This document shows positions 19,428 to 30,406 of a DNA stretch of 64,000 nucleotides, one piece after another. The notes below the pieces were generated by a model, which was not told where the DNA came from, ran no database searches, and saw only the letters and a program-made list of their open reading frames with translations. Position 1 is the stretch's first letter. Every line of letters starts with the position of its first letter. The stretch spans positions 3,417 to 67,416 of the IMG/VR virus record IMGVR_UViG_3300036795_000039, one strand, 5' to 3'. Both the position numbers and the translations under genes were made by a program. The stretch is from a virus.

Positions 19428-21245
19428 ATGCCAACCGGGCTGATGGGATTGGTGGACCGCTTCGGGCAGCAACTGTCCATGGTGAATACGTTGCAGCGCC
19501 AACAGGTTTCACTACCATCGCTCGTAGCCGACGACCCACAGTCCGCGTTCTTCTACTTATGGCAGCAGCGCAGCAACCTACTGGCGCAACGCTATCAGCG
19601 CCCGCTGCTACGGCTGTGGGACGAGAACCATGAGCTGATCGGAACCATCGGCAAGGAAAAGTCGGTGGTGGTCGAAGAGGTCATGGCAGACTCCGGTGCC
19701 GGGACTTGCGTTGTGCGGGCAGACAATTGGCTGTCCAACTTCATCCTGTACGACAGGCGCGCAGAACAAGATTTGCACTTCACCCTAGATCCGCACCCAA
19801 CCGACCGCTCGTGGCGCACACGGTGGGGCGGCAAGGTCACGACGGTCAACGCCAAGCGCGATTCGTCGGGCCTGCACACCATCGAGCTTGAAATGATTCA
19901 CAACCGAGAACACTTGAAGCACTTGCTAATTGGTGCCAATCCGGTGTTCCCACCGGAAATACAAATTCCGAAAATGTACTTCCTGCCATGGAATTGCCGC
20001 ACCGGCACGTTCATGACAATGTTCATTAACCTTGCGCGCCAGTTCTTCCCACTGCTGTCTATACCCGACAATATCGCCAACCCATTCGGGTGGATCGGCG
20101 CTGACGATTCCATTGGTGGGCTTGACCCGATGCTGTGGCCGATACAGCCCCAATTCGTTGACCCTGCAACAGATCAGAGCCGCTTCGAGGTTATCGCCGC
20201 ACGCTGGAATGACGCGCACACCGTGTTCGCGCCGACGCTGCTGGACGCTGGCTGCATCGTGCGCGCCTACACATTCATCGCTGGCGAGGACACAGAATCT
20301 CCACATCCAGAACTGGGGAACCTGCTCGGCAAAGTTGTTATGCCAGAGCGCAACTGCATCATCTTGGCGTGCGAGGACAAGTCGGGTGTCACAGGTCCGT
20401 CTGGCACCCTCGTGGATGGCTGGATCAATTTCATCGCCAGCACGGGCGACGACTTGATAACGGACACAATCATTCCTGATCCAAACATGTTCCCTGACAC
20501 TCAGGTGCCCAGCGGCATCGAGCCGATCATCGAAGAGTGGTTCGGTGTCGCACCGGCCACGCCGTGGATCATCTGGAAGGACGACCAGCACAGCGGCATC
20601 ATCGAGAGCACGAGATCACAGCACGGCTCAACCGCGAAAACCATTATGACAGGCGGTAAGTCACCCGGTTGGGTCAACGACCTCCAAACGTTCCTCATAA
20701 AATGGGGCCTCTCGCAGCTTCAGATCGCCTTCTCCGGCGGGTGGGGAGGTAACGTCGGCCCATCACCAATTGGCGCAGGACTCGACGAAATCTACCAGGG
20801 CGAATTAGACGACACAGCTCTCGCGTATGAGCGCCAGAGCATCCTTGTGCGCGAATTGTATTGCGGCGACATGGGTTTCCTGGAACATTGGGAAGCCGGT
20901 ACAGGCACCGCGTACGTGGTGTCGGGCATACTATCGTTGCGCGATGGTAGCTGGAAGACCAGACCGTGGACGTCGTTTAAGGTCAATGTCCGCAACGGGC
21001 AACCCTACCTGCTGGATATCGACTATACGTTGGGTGATCGAATGGGATTCACTATGGCGCAAGCCCTTTATGTGGATCAGCTATATGGTTACAAGCGTTC
21101 CTACAGTCGTAGCGATGCCATGAAGATCGAGCTACAGATCGGCAGCGGCCAGCAGGAACAGGACCCGTTGTTCCAGGCGACGAATTCGCTTGCGGCAGTG
21201 TGGAATATGTTCGGCATGTACATGGGATCGAGTCAGTTGTTCTGA
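19428..21245 (+). CDS. minor tail protein (baseplate hub-like)
   Basis: RPLLRLWD, RWGG, GGKSPGWVN, LGDR.GF motifs. Confidence 0.85.
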   Translation: MPTGLMGLVDRFGQQLSMVNTLQRQQVSLPSLVADDPQSAFFYLWQQRSNLLAQRYQRPLLRLWDENHELIGTIGKEKSVVVEEVMADSGAGTCVVRADNWLSNFILYDRRAEQDLHFTLDPHPTDRSWRTRWGGKVTTVNAKRDSSGLHTIELEMIHNREHLKHLLIGANPVFPPEIQIPKMYFLPWNCRTGTFMTMFINLARQFFPLLSIPDNIANPFGWIGADDSIGGLDPMLWPIQPQFVDPATDQSRFEVIAARWNDAHTVFAPTLLDAGCIVRAYTFIAGEDTESPHPELGNLLGKVVMPERNCIILACEDKSGVTGPSGTLVDGWINFIASTGDDLITDTIIPDPNMFPDTQVPSGIEPIIEEWFGVAPATPWIIWKDDQHSGIIESTRSQHGSTAKTIMTGGKSPGWVNDLQTFLIKWGLSQLQIAFSGGWGGNVGPSPIGAGLDEIYQGELDDTALAYERQSILVRELYCGDMGFLEHWEAGTGTAYVVSGILSLRDGSWKTRPWTSFKVNVRNGQPYLLDIDYTLGDRMGFTMAQALYVDQLYGYKRSYSRSDAMKIELQIGSGQQEQDPLFQATNSLAAVWNMFGMYMGSSQLF

Positions 21246-21258
21246 TGGAAGGGTGGTG

Positions 21259-21278
21259 ACTATCCCAAATGGGACAGT
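21259..21278 (+). promoter_or_regulatory. 20-bp palindromic site, copy 3, overlapping a gene start
   Basis: ACTATCCCAAATGGGACAGT. Confidence 0.75.
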
Positions 21279-21820
21279 CGGAAAACGAAGGGCCGCAACA
21301 GCGTATTGACGCGCCGGAGTACACCGGCCTGCTTGACAAGCTGACTGGCGCGGTGCAGCGCGCCAAGCAGACCGTGTCCGGCACGACGCCTGAGCAGCTT
21401 GAGATGACGGCGGCATTCACCACCATGCTCAGAGACTTGCGCTACCCCGTAGACAAAGAGGGCAACGTGATGAACGCTGACTTCTTCGCACCACTGGTGG
21501 CATACCATCTTGTGCGTTGTGGGTGGCGACCACACAGCGAGAAGCGAAAGATCAAGCCACGCAGGGTTCCCGGTAAAGGCATGGTGGCAGATGCCGTCGA
21601 ATGGGTGGATATGAGCGAACCGGATGACCCGCTGCGTCACCTGGACACCATGAGTATGCGCGACGTCGCAGAGCTGCCGGAGGTATGGAAGTATGAGGCG
21701 ATCCGCCGTCTGGGTGGGCATGTGAAAAACGATCTGCCAGAACCACTTTCGGGATGGAAGGTCGACACCAACATCAACATCGCGGATATGCCACGCGAAC
21801 CAGACGATTTATTTAGCTAG
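21269..21820 (+). CDS. minor tail-region protein (DUF2744-like)
   Basis: HL..CGWR...IK...WV....PD pattern; synteny. Confidence 0.65.
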   Translation: MGQSENEGPQQRIDAPEYTGLLDKLTGAVQRAKQTVSGTTPEQLEMTAAFTTMLRDLRYPVDKEGNVMNADFFAPLVAYHLVRCGWRPHSEKRKIKPRRVPGKGMVADAVEWVDMSEPDDPLRHLDTMSMRDVAELPEVWKYEAIRRLGGHVKNDLPEPLSGWKVDTNINIADMPREPDDLFS

Positions 21821-21828
21821 GAGATGTT

Positions 21829-21996
21829 ATGGCAGGCAAGGCAACTCAGCAGAATACCCACCACCTGAAGAACGGGACACTGGTAACCGGAGGATTCCGG
21901 CTACTCGACGCGGACGGCAGAGTGATCAAAGAAGGACACCTGCCCACTTCACCGAGAGTGGAAGTGCCCATTGAGTATTCGGAGGTCTACCAGTGA
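21829..21996 (+). CDS. small hypothetical protein, 55 aa (below ORF-track cutoff)
   Basis: AGGAG RBS; MAGKATQQ..EVYQ; GTGA overlap with next gene. Confidence 0.6.
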   Translation: MAGKATQQNTHHLKNGTLVTGGFRLLDADGRVIKEGHLPTSPRVEVPIEYSEVYQ

Positions 21997-23054
21997 GCCA
22001 GCCAGTCTACCTAGGAAGCACGCTTAACCGCACTCACTGGTGGGGTGTCGTAAGCGACATTGCCACACCGGCCCTGATGACGGCCACCATGGAGATCGTT
22101 GGCGAGGATGCCGCGATCACCCTTGACGCACTCAAGGGCGACAAAGGCGATCAGGGCGCACCAGCCGATATCGTCAAAATGCAATATCAGGATGCCTTCA
22201 CCGACGTGTCGCAGATCCCAGTGAGCACCCTAACCGATGAGCTGGCGGACATCGGAAAGGCTTGGTGGATCGGCAATATGGTCTACGCGTGGTCCGGCAC
22301 CACGCTACAGGCCAAGGCTATGGGTACCGCTGGCCCGCCCGGCCCTGTACCGAACGTGACGCCAGAGATCAACCTGCTCGATCCTGACGGCACCACCGCG
22401 AGTTCCATTGTCGTATCAGGAGATCCAGCCAACCCGACATGGCTATTCAACATGAAATGCCCGGCGGGACCGGCAGGCGCGAGCGGAACCATCTCAGGCG
22501 CAAGCGATTTGGACCTGACTAGTGGTGTTGAACTCGGCGAGGCCATCGTCTGGAACGGCACCAAGTGGCAGCCACAACAGGTCGGCACGATCTTCCCGCT
22601 GATCTATTCAATACCGCAGGGCGCGTTCCGTTCATTCTCCGGTATCGCGACCATTCAGAACATCGCGACCATCAGCTTGCCGCCACAACCGTACCCATGG
22701 ACGCCACTGGTCTTCGGCCACATCAAGGCACTTGGTCTTGAACTGGCCACTGACCCACTGACTTTAGGCGCGGCGGCATTCCTAGGCGCAGACGGTAACG
22801 CTGGCGGACAATTGATTGCGCGAGGCTTCGGCAACATCACCTCGTTCGCCAACTTCTCACCGCACTACAGCCAAGCGGGCGCGACCATGACAGCCATGGT
22901 CCCCGGCAACGGAACCGCCGTAGTCCCGGCGAATCACACTGGCACTCAAGGAGATATCTACATCGACCTGTGGAACGACGGCGCACTCGGCGCATACTCA
23001 TTCAACAACAACAACGCGCAAGCCGTCATCATGGCTATGCCAGTGGTGGCGTGA
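21993..23054 (+). CDS. minor tail protein with short collagen-like motifs
   Basis: GDKGDQGAP, DIGKAWWIG, GPPGPVP, PQPYPW.P.V.GH. Confidence 0.8.
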   Translation: MSQPVYLGSTLNRTHWWGVVSDIATPALMTATMEIVGEDAAITLDALKGDKGDQGAPADIVKMQYQDAFTDVSQIPVSTLTDELADIGKAWWIGNMVYAWSGTTLQAKAMGTAGPPGPVPNVTPEINLLDPDGTTASSIVVSGDPANPTWLFNMKCPAGPAGASGTISGASDLDLTSGVELGEAIVWNGTKWQPQQVGTIFPLIYSIPQGAFRSFSGIATIQNIATISLPPQPYPWTPLVFGHIKALGLELATDPLTLGAAAFLGADGNAGGQLIARGFGNITSFANFSPHYSQAGATMTAMVPGNGTAVVPANHTGTQGDIYIDLWNDGALGAYSFNNNNAQAVIMAMPVVA

Positions 23055-23064
23055 AAGTTAGCCT

Positions 23065-26000
23065 ATGCCAAACGCTTTCGACCTCTTCAACTACCAGGCG
23101 AACTTCGACCCAACAAAGGGCGGCACATTCGTCACGGTACAAGACGTCTTCGGTTCCTTCGGCGACGTCTTCCAGGAGATCATCAACCTACTGCCGGACC
23201 TAATCAAACTCCTTGAGGGCGTCACACCTTCGCAGGTTATCCAGTTGATAGAGACGGGCCTAGAAGCATTCATCAACCTGATCTTCCCGACAGACGGCTC
23301 CGAAAGCCCAATCCTCACAGCACTTATCGCCATCATCAACGACGCGCCGACCCTAGTCGTGCAGTTCGTCAGCTTCACCCTCCAACTGATACCGGATATC
23401 CTTGATGCGCTCATCTCCCTGATCGGCAGCCCTGGCGGCGCGAGCATCATCGGCCAGCTTATTACAGTGGTCATATCGATCCTCCCCGGCATTCTCACGT
23501 CACTCATCAGCCTGATCACCGGCACTGGCGGGGGCGGCATCATCGGCCAACTCGTAAGTGTCGTGATTGCGATCCTCCCCCAAATCCTCACTGCCGTAAT
23601 CACTTTGATAGAAGACGCGCCAGCCATCGTCACACAGCTTGTCAGTGTCGTCACCACGATTCTGCCGGACGTGCTCACGGCCATCATCTCCCTCATATCT
23701 GGCGGCGGCGGCGCAGGAATCATCACATCGCTAGTAAGTATTGTCATCAACATCCTCCCCCAAATCCTCACTGCCGTAATCGGTTTGCTCGCCACCGCGC
23801 CCAGTATCGTCACGCAGCTTGTTACTGTTGTCATGAACATTCTGCCGGATATCCTTACATCTCTTGGCAGTTCAATCGGCGGGCTCGGCGGTGCGGGTAT
23901 CCTCGGCCAGTTGATTGGTATCGCGGCGACGATACTCACCGGCTCAGGCGGTCTGCTGGCGGGATTTACGAACTCCCCAATTCTCGCACAGCTCATCTCG
24001 GCTGCTGGCGGAAGCGGTTCATCGCTAACAGATTTCGGCAATCTGTTCGCCATAGCCATCGGTGACATAACCGGCTTAGCCACAGGGATTCTCGCGTGGC
24101 TCACGGGCGGCGGTGCACTCCCTGGCGCGACCACACTCGGCGCGTCTGGATTGACCGGCCTGGCAACAGGAATCGGGACATGGCTATTAAGCGGCGGCTC
24201 GTTACCGTCCGCTACCAGGGCTCTTATCAGCCAGGTACTTGACGGCAGCGCCAACCCGCTTACAGGGTACCTGTCGAACCTTAATTCCGGCGGCATCATG
24301 CAGGGCACGGGGATCACTAGTATCTTTGGTGCTCCCACCACCGTTGTTACTGTTCATCCTCCGGTGTTCGATGCGGTCGGCGCGGGGGCCTCTGGATTTA
24401 ATACCGGGGGAGGCTGGGCGCATACTCTTTCTGCCGACGCCACCGCCCTCGTCGTCGCCGTCAACTGGTTCGACTTCACTTCTAGCATGACGCCGCCCAC
24501 CGTTTCGGTGGATGTGGGAAGTACTCCAATGACCCTGTTGGACACCGTTTATTCCTATGCCGCCCCTGGCTCACTCTTTGGTGGTATGTGTCTGTTCGGG
24601 CTGATGGCCCCACCGACCGGCGCTCAGACAATCACCGTCACATTCTCCGATGGCACCACAAACGGGGTGGGTAACTCCCTCTCCTACGCCGGGGTCACAA
24701 GCTTCGGCACGGCGGTAGACAACACCATCGGCAGCGCCACCACCCCAACACTTTCGGTGTCTTCTGGTGCGGATCAGATGGTGGCGCAGGCATTCGGTGG
24801 CTGGGTTTACGACCTCTCCGCTTACAACCAGACCCAGCGGTTTAACCAGCCATACGGTGCTGGCCTGTCCTTCATCATGGGGGATGCGCCCGGTGCCACC
24901 ACCGTGAACTTCACCGCCTCCCAAACAGCGACGATCTGGAGTGCCGCCGCTGTTCCATTGATCGGCACCTCCACAACCACTCCTAACAACACCAGTCTCG
25001 CTGCCGACTTGCAATCCCTTGTTACCATCTTTGCGCAGGCGTGGGGCGGTAGTACCGCCGTCAGATATTTAGCTGCCGACCTGACCAATTTCGCGCAAGC
25101 GATACCGTACCCGTCTGTGCAGGGCTTACTTGGTTCGACCCAAATCGGTGGCACAGTCCAAAGTTTCGCGGACACCGTCGTGCAAGGGATTCAAAACAAC
25201 ACTCTCACCGGCAACTCCTTCGGCGTGCTCGGCGGTGCGCTCGGGGCCCTACGAGATTTCCTGGGCTACACAACAGTTGGTGCGCCAGCAGCCACTTCCG
25301 TTGCAGGAGTAGGCAATACAAATAATCAGTTCATCTCTCAGATGGCCGCCGCCAAGCCCACGGCCAGCGGTATCGACCAGACCACCGACGCACCCTACAA
25401 CATTGATGCCCTGTTCGCGGCGGGGCTTCCGACCAAAACCATCACCGACAAGGACGCCGGGGTTGCGTTCATCGGCACTGTTCACGGCGGCGTCAAACAA
25501 TCGGTGCGGTGGCTGGGTTTCCCCACCGGGGGAACGATGGCCAACATCAACGGATTCTTCATCCACATCTGGAAATACAACCCGCTGGTGTCCACGACCA
25601 AGCTAACGCCGGTTCACCAATCCGCTAACCTGGCTGGCAGTATCGGCACCGGCAGTAGCCCGGTATGGAATAGCTACAACCTGGCCACCCCGTTCACCTC
25701 ATTGCAGAACGATCTCTATGTGGTGACGTTCTCTATTGTCGGTTCGGGAACCTACAACATCTGCGGCATAACAGGTTCCATTTCAACTGCCGGAATGCCG
25801 CAGGCACTCGGCGGCAAAGAATGGTATGGCCCTGACCAAACCGCCGAAGCGCACAACACGACCACCACACTGCTCACCGGAATAGGTAGTTTCCTATCTG
25901 CGACTCTAGCAATGGACAACGGCGGCGATAGTGGCGTCATCATTGCCTGCACAGCAGTAGGCACACAGGTCACGAACTTCACTGTCACCGTGGGAGCTAA

Positions 26001-27198
26001 GACAGCAACACTTCTGGGTTCTGTTGCACTGGGCGGTAATACGAGCAACTGGCTCGGATTATGGTATTGCCAAAGCACACCCGACAGCCCGATAGGCACA
26101 GGGAACCAGACTGTCAAATTGACATGCAATGTGAATGTGACCGCAGGCGGTGGTTGGCACGGTGCAATAAATGCCGTAAACATTTGGGGCGCAGGCGATT
26201 GCACCGGAATCTTAACAGCCAGCGGCACTAATGCTAACTGCTCGCTGGCACTCAATGGTTTCGCTAACCAGGACTGGAACGACCAGATCTATTTCGCCGG
26301 TGCTTCTGATGCGACAACATGGTCAGGTTCGGGAACCACGGCATCACCTAACGGTGGGTTTCTGGTCACCGCCAGCGACGTTGGCGGTTCGGCACCGCTT
26401 GCGTTGGGGTTCAACGATATACGGTTCTTCCCAACCATTACCAACACTCGTACTACAGGCAACAGTGCATTGATCGCGGTTGGTGTACGAATCAATTCCA
26501 CCGCCGCAGGTTTGCCCGTCCAAAAAGGATTGCCTTGGGTCAACACAGGATCACACGTCGGCACGTCAAACATCAGCTACGACACCGCATCTCCGTGGAT
26601 CGGACTATCCGGTGTCGCTGGCGCAACCACTTACAACCCCATCCTGATACCGTTCTACGGCTCGCAAACCATCACCAATCCAGCCGTAACCTACACGTGG
26701 GCAAACTATTTCGACTGCGTGGCCTGCGGAGGTGGCGCTGGCGGTGATGCGGGCGGATCATTCCAAGGATCGGTGGGTGGGGCAGCCGGGAGCTGGAACG
26801 GCGCAATAGGTACGAGAACGTTAATGGGCGTATCGAACATTACCGCAAGTATCGGTACCGGGGGGTTGGGCGGTGGTTCAATTTCTGCCGGGGGTGCTTC
26901 GGGTGGGGCCAGCACCCTAACCATCCCCGGTTGGGGACCCATAACCGGCGCAGGCGGTGTCGGGCACGGCTCGGCAGTCGTCGGCGCTCGTCCTGGCGCA
27001 AGCAATCCCGGCTACAACTTTACCAATCACTATGGTAGCAACGACTATTTCCCCGGCGGTGCGGGCGGAGCATCAGCGCAAGCAGGCGGTCAACAACCAG
27101 GCGGCGGCGGTGGTGGTGGTAACCCAGTATCGACCGGCTTCAATGAACTCGGTGGGCAAGGCGGCGCTGGCATCGCCTACATCTATCTGTATCAGTAA
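23065..27198 (+). CDS. large minor tail/fibre protein, 1377 aa
   Basis: N-terminal amphipathic ILP.IL repeats, central beta-rich domains, Gly-rich C-terminus (GGGAGG..PGGGGGGG..GGAG). Confidence 0.78.
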   Translation: MPNAFDLFNYQANFDPTKGGTFVTVQDVFGSFGDVFQEIINLLPDLIKLLEGVTPSQVIQLIETGLEAFINLIFPTDGSESPILTALIAIINDAPTLVVQFVSFTLQLIPDILDALISLIGSPGGASIIGQLITVVISILPGILTSLISLITGTGGGGIIGQLVSVVIAILPQILTAVITLIEDAPAIVTQLVSVVTTILPDVLTAIISLISGGGGAGIITSLVSIVINILPQILTAVIGLLATAPSIVTQLVTVVMNILPDILTSLGSSIGGLGGAGILGQLIGIAATILTGSGGLLAGFTNSPILAQLISAAGGSGSSLTDFGNLFAIAIGDITGLATGILAWLTGGGALPGATTLGASGLTGLATGIGTWLLSGGSLPSATRALISQVLDGSANPLTGYLSNLNSGGIMQGTGITSIFGAPTTVVTVHPPVFDAVGAGASGFNTGGGWAHTLSADATALVVAVNWFDFTSSMTPPTVSVDVGSTPMTLLDTVYSYAAPGSLFGGMCLFGLMAPPTGAQTITVTFSDGTTNGVGNSLSYAGVTSFGTAVDNTIGSATTPTLSVSSGADQMVAQAFGGWVYDLSAYNQTQRFNQPYGAGLSFIMGDAPGATTVNFTASQTATIWSAAAVPLIGTSTTTPNNTSLAADLQSLVTIFAQAWGGSTAVRYLAADLTNFAQAIPYPSVQGLLGSTQIGGTVQSFADTVVQGIQNNTLTGNSFGVLGGALGALRDFLGYTTVGAPAATSVAGVGNTNNQFISQMAAAKPTASGIDQTTDAPYNIDALFAAGLPTKTITDKDAGVAFIGTVHGGVKQSVRWLGFPTGGTMANINGFFIHIWKYNPLVSTTKLTPVHQSANLAGSIGTGSSPVWNSYNLATPFTSLQNDLYVVTFSIVGSGTYNICGITGSISTAGMPQALGGKEWYGPDQTAEAHNTTTTLLTGIGSFLSATLAMDNGGDSGVIIACTAVGTQVTNFTVTVGAKTATLLGSVALGGNTSNWLGLWYCQSTPDSPIGTGNQTVKLTCNVNVTAGGGWHGAINAVNIWGAGDCTGILTASGTNANCSLALNGFANQDWNDQIYFAGASDATTWSGSGTTASPNGGFLVTASDVGGSAPLALGFNDIRFFPTITNTRTTGNSALIAVGVRINSTAAGLPVQKGLPWVNTGSHVGTSNISYDTASPWIGLSGVAGATTYNPILIPFYGSQTITNPAVTYTWANYFDCVACGGGAGGDAGGSFQGSVGGAAGSWNGAIGTRTLMGVSNITASIGTGGLGGGSISAGGASGGASTLTIPGWGPITGAGGVGHGSAVVGARPGASNPGYNFTNHYGSNDYFPGGAGGASAQAGGQQPGGGGGGGNPVSTGFNELGGQGGAGIAYIYLYQ

Positions 27199-27212
27199 GG
27201 GAGACAACAACT

Positions 27213-27431
27213 ATGGCAAAAATAGGTAACTTTGAAGATCATCACTTCGTCGGGCAGAACCCGCGTTATGATCGTCCGATCCAGCCCAACGAGATTTGCG
27301 GCGTGGAAATGCGAACCGCCACCAAAGCCGTAGAGGGATACGACATGTGGGCGCAGTGCGGCCACACGCTTTCCGAACACCCGAGAGGAGCACTTCATGG
27401 CCGTGCACAAGCTGACGCCCAAAACGGCTGA
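27213..27431 (+). CDS. small Cys/His protein
   Basis: GGAG RBS; C..CGH....H. Confidence 0.55.
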   Translation: MAKIGNFEDHHFVGQNPRYDRPIQPNEICGVEMRTATKAVEGYDMWAQCGHTLSEHPRGALHGRAQADAQNG

Positions 27432-27849
27432 CCCATATACGGGGATGCAAAACTCGTACCTAGCATGGCATTTCGTTGACGAGGAGGCGCTGGACGTTTT
27501 TGCGGCCATGAAATGGCTTCAGTTCTACACGGGTTGGACATATCACCTGTCAGCAGATCTCAATGACCCACTGGCGCAACAGGTTGTGTTGACCAGGCAG
27601 ATCTACGTCGACCAGCCGATGGTCACAGTGGTTGTGAAGAATACGCAGTGGTTCACGTTCGACAATGGGATGGTGAACGCTCTTGACGACGCCTTTGTCA
27701 CCGCCAACTATGATGCCGAAGATTACACGCTGCCGCCGAATCCCCCACCGCCGCAACAGACTAATGTGATCAACAATATCCCCGACCCGAACATCCCCGC
27801 ACCGACAATGGTTGGCGGCGCGCAACCCGTACCATTCCCGACACAGTAA
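27397..27849 (+). CDS. hypothetical protein
   Basis: GAGGAG RBS; operon continuity. Confidence 0.65.
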   Translation: MAVHKLTPKTADPYTGMQNSYLAWHFVDEEALDVFAAMKWLQFYTGWTYHLSADLNDPLAQQVVLTRQIYVDQPMVTVVVKNTQWFTFDNGMVNALDDAFVTANYDAEDYTLPPNPPPPQQTNVINNIPDPNIPAPTMVGGAQPVPFPTQ

Positions 27850-27871
27850 CCGGCAGGAGGATCATAAGACC

Positions 27872-28564
27872 ATGGCAGTCTTGTCGATGGAACGTATCAG
27901 CTCGCAAAGCCTTGCGGGACTACAGATCTCGTTGGACAACGGGCAGGCTATCGAAAGCCTGAACGATGCGCTGACGACCGCACCGGCACCGGCCAACCAG
28001 TGGACGACAGACACGGAGACGGGCGTCCAATACACGGGCGGTATGCAGGTTACCTTCAGTTATCCTGGTATCCCCGATCAGGTTGGTTTGATTGATGATT
28101 GGATTCTCGTCACTGACGCATCCTATGATGCCGGGACGAATGTCTGGACGTTAGCGGGCAGCAGCACCATCACCGTGTACGGTGTCAACGCCGGGTTGAT
28201 AGGAACCGTAACGGATTTCGTGAACACGTTCACCGGGGATACGCCGATCGTGTGGAGCGCCACGTCAGAGGCCCCGATCGCGTCGGCGGCGGGCGGCGGC
28301 ACTGCCACGCTGCTGTTCGATCCGCCTGTCTCACCGGATGGGCCATTCAGTTACACAGTCGAATTCGATGACACGACCACGAGTACCACTGGTGCTGCAA
28401 CACTTTCGGGTGCTCCGGTGATCCTGGGGAACGGTCAGGTGCGTCTCACGGTCACCGGCCTAACCGTTGGTGACGACGTCGAATTCACTGTCACAGTCAC
28501 CAGCACCACCTTTACAAGCACGAACGCCGTTGCGCTCGTATCGAATTCAATCACTGTCACGTAG
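27872..28564 (+). CDS. Thr-rich protein with C-terminal fibronectin-III-like domain (probable virion protein)
   Basis: AGGAGG RBS; F.PP...G...Y.V...TVTGLT.G....FTVT...SNSITV. Confidence 0.65.
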   Translation: MAVLSMERISSQSLAGLQISLDNGQAIESLNDALTTAPAPANQWTTDTETGVQYTGGMQVTFSYPGIPDQVGLIDDWILVTDASYDAGTNVWTLAGSSTITVYGVNAGLIGTVTDFVNTFTGDTPIVWSATSEAPIASAAGGGTATLLFDPPVSPDGPFSYTVEFDDTTTSTTGAATLSGAPVILGNGQVRLTVTGLTVGDDVEFTVTVTSTTFTSTNAVALVSNSITVT

Positions 28565-28575
28565 AAGGGAATCGA

Positions 28576-29433
28576 ATGACTAGAACTGCCGGTAGGTTTG
28601 GGCTTCGACCAACGCCACTGGGCCACAAGTGGGCGATGCCGATGGCCAATTACGTTGACATCAAATCACTCCCACCGATCCCGGCGGGCGCATTCGGGCA
28701 CACAGATAAGGTACAGGGTCCATGGGGGATGTTAAAGAACGACGTGCTCGGGTGCTGTGTGGTGTCCGGCGCGGAGCACGAGACGATGTTGTGGACCGCC
28801 GAGGCGACAGCCGGAACGCGTTTGAGCCAAGCAGTTTTCGATGACTACCGCACCGTCAAGAACTATGAACTGCTCGGCAACTACACTCCCGGCCTGACCG
28901 ACACAGACAACGGCTGCGATATGCTGCACGCCGCAGAGCTGCGCATCCGTAGAGGTATCACCGACGCGGACGGCAAGAACCACAAGATCGGTGTGGCGCT
29001 CCAATTAGAGTGCGGCCCAGGCTATCTGAATATGGATCAGTTCTGGTATGCCGCCTACCTGTTCGACGGAACAGGTCTGGGTATCGGCGTCACAGCGCAG
29101 ATGCAGCAAGACTTCGCCGATGGGGTGCCTTGGGACGCAACGAGTTTCAACCCAGACCAGGTTGTCGGTGGGCACTACGTTCCGGCGGTGGCCCGCGAGG
29201 TCGCCACCCTGCACGGCACCAGCGCGCTTGAGGCCGACGTGATCAGTTGGGGCGAGAAACAGTCCATCACCGTCGCCGGTCTTCAGGTCATCACCAACAC
29301 GGTCCTGGTGTATGCCACGCCCGAAAAGCTAGCTAGCGGAAAGGATTTGGAGGGTCTGGGATGGAGCGACATGAGAGCGGATATCAAGAAGCTGTCCCGT
29401 ATAGGAGCCCTTCGGGGGATTCACAGGCTCTAA
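28576..29433 (+). CDS. putative papain-like cysteine peptidase
   Basis: ND.LGCCV.SG, DNG, GGHYV, ISWG pattern. Confidence 0.6.
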   Translation: MTRTAGRFGLRPTPLGHKWAMPMANYVDIKSLPPIPAGAFGHTDKVQGPWGMLKNDVLGCCVVSGAEHETMLWTAEATAGTRLSQAVFDDYRTVKNYELLGNYTPGLTDTDNGCDMLHAAELRIRRGITDADGKNHKIGVALQLECGPGYLNMDQFWYAAYLFDGTGLGIGVTAQMQQDFADGVPWDATSFNPDQVVGGHYVPAVAREVATLHGTSALEADVISWGEKQSITVAGLQVITNTVLVYATPEKLASGKDLEGLGWSDMRADIKKLSRIGALRGIHRL

Positions 29434-29918
29434 TACCGGAGAGGCTGTACGCGCCGCCGGGGCTGACCACTCCGGCGCACACACAACAGGTCACGCACCA
29501 CTACACGCTGCTGTACCCACCGCACCCGGCGCGCAAAGACGACCCGCACTATGTGGACTTCTCGGCGTTCCGGCGGCGCACACGGGAGACGGCGCGCTGC
29601 GCAATCGGGTTGCACCGCAAGGACTTCAGCGAATGCAGCGATCCCAGCAAGTGGCCGGTAGGGCTTGAGTTACACCACCACGCAATCGAATTCAGCCTGC
29701 AACAAGGCATCGACCTTGCATGGTTGGAGGCCGATTACCCTGGCGTGTCGGACCCGAATACCATTGGGGCATGGGTAGAATCAGCGGACAACCTTCAATG
29801 GCTGTGCGAACGCCATCATCGCGGTCTCGACGGCGTACACGTTCTCTCGGCTAGCGACTATGAAGCGATAAAGTATGTTCGTAATTTGGTAGACTCATCA
29901 CATGAGATGCAAGGTTGA
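29361..29918 (+). CDS. HNH-like His/Cys protein (start uncertain)
   Basis: LELHH..EF...WVES..NL..LC..HHRG..GVH. Confidence 0.55.
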   Translation: MERHESGYQEAVPYRSPSGDSQALIPERLYAPPGLTTPAHTQQVTHHYTLLYPPHPARKDDPHYVDFSAFRRRTRETARCAIGLHRKDFSECSDPSKWPVGLELHHHAIEFSLQQGIDLAWLEADYPGVSDPNTIGAWVESADNLQWLCERHHRGLDGVHVLSASDYEAIKYVRNLVDSSHEMQG

Positions 29919-30402
29919 GGGATGCGAAAAACGAACCAATGCAAAGGGATTGTGTCACGGGCACTACCGGCGATGGCGGCTGTATGGAGATCCTTTAGCA
30001 GGCCACGACAGATATCAGCCGAAGTTCTGCGAGGTGGGCGGTTGTTCGAATCGTATGGAGGGGCACGGGTATTGCGTGAAGCATTTGCGCCGCTGGCATC
30101 TGTACGGCGACCCACTTATTCGCATGCGGGCCGAAAATGGTTCAGGCACCATCAATCCCGATGGTTATCGGGAGATTTTCCGCGACGGAAAGCAGGTTTT
30201 AGAGCACCGCTGGGTAATGGCGCAGGCGCTTGGCCGTTCGTTACTACCGGACGAGGTGGTACATCACCGAAACGGCAATCGTGCCGACAACAGAATCGAG
30301 AACTTGGAACTATGGGTACGTTCCCACCCTGCGGGACAACGAGTTTCGGAGGTGGTCGAATGGGCGCGAGAAATGCTGGCTCGCTACGACGAGGCGGCGT
30401 GA
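29902..30402 (+). CDS. HNH endonuclease with two N-terminal zinc-finger repeats
   Basis: C.VEGC..GLC..HY.RW..YGDP x2; EHR.VM...LGR.L...[21 protein letters not shown]. Confidence 0.9.
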   Translation: MRCKVEGCEKRTNAKGLCHGHYRRWRLYGDPLAGHDRYQPKFCEVGGCSNRMEGHGYCVKHLRRWHLYGDPLIRMRAENGSGTINPDGYREIFRDGKQVLEHRWVMAQALGRSLLPDEVVHHRNGNRADNRIENLELWVRSHPAGQRVSEVVEWAREMLARYDEAA

Positions 30403-30406
30403 TCGC

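Noticed and set aside
1544-27005. Long antisense ORFs (e.g. 1726-2544, 13884-14747, 23091-24341)
   Set aside because: Shadow frames of GC-rich structural genes
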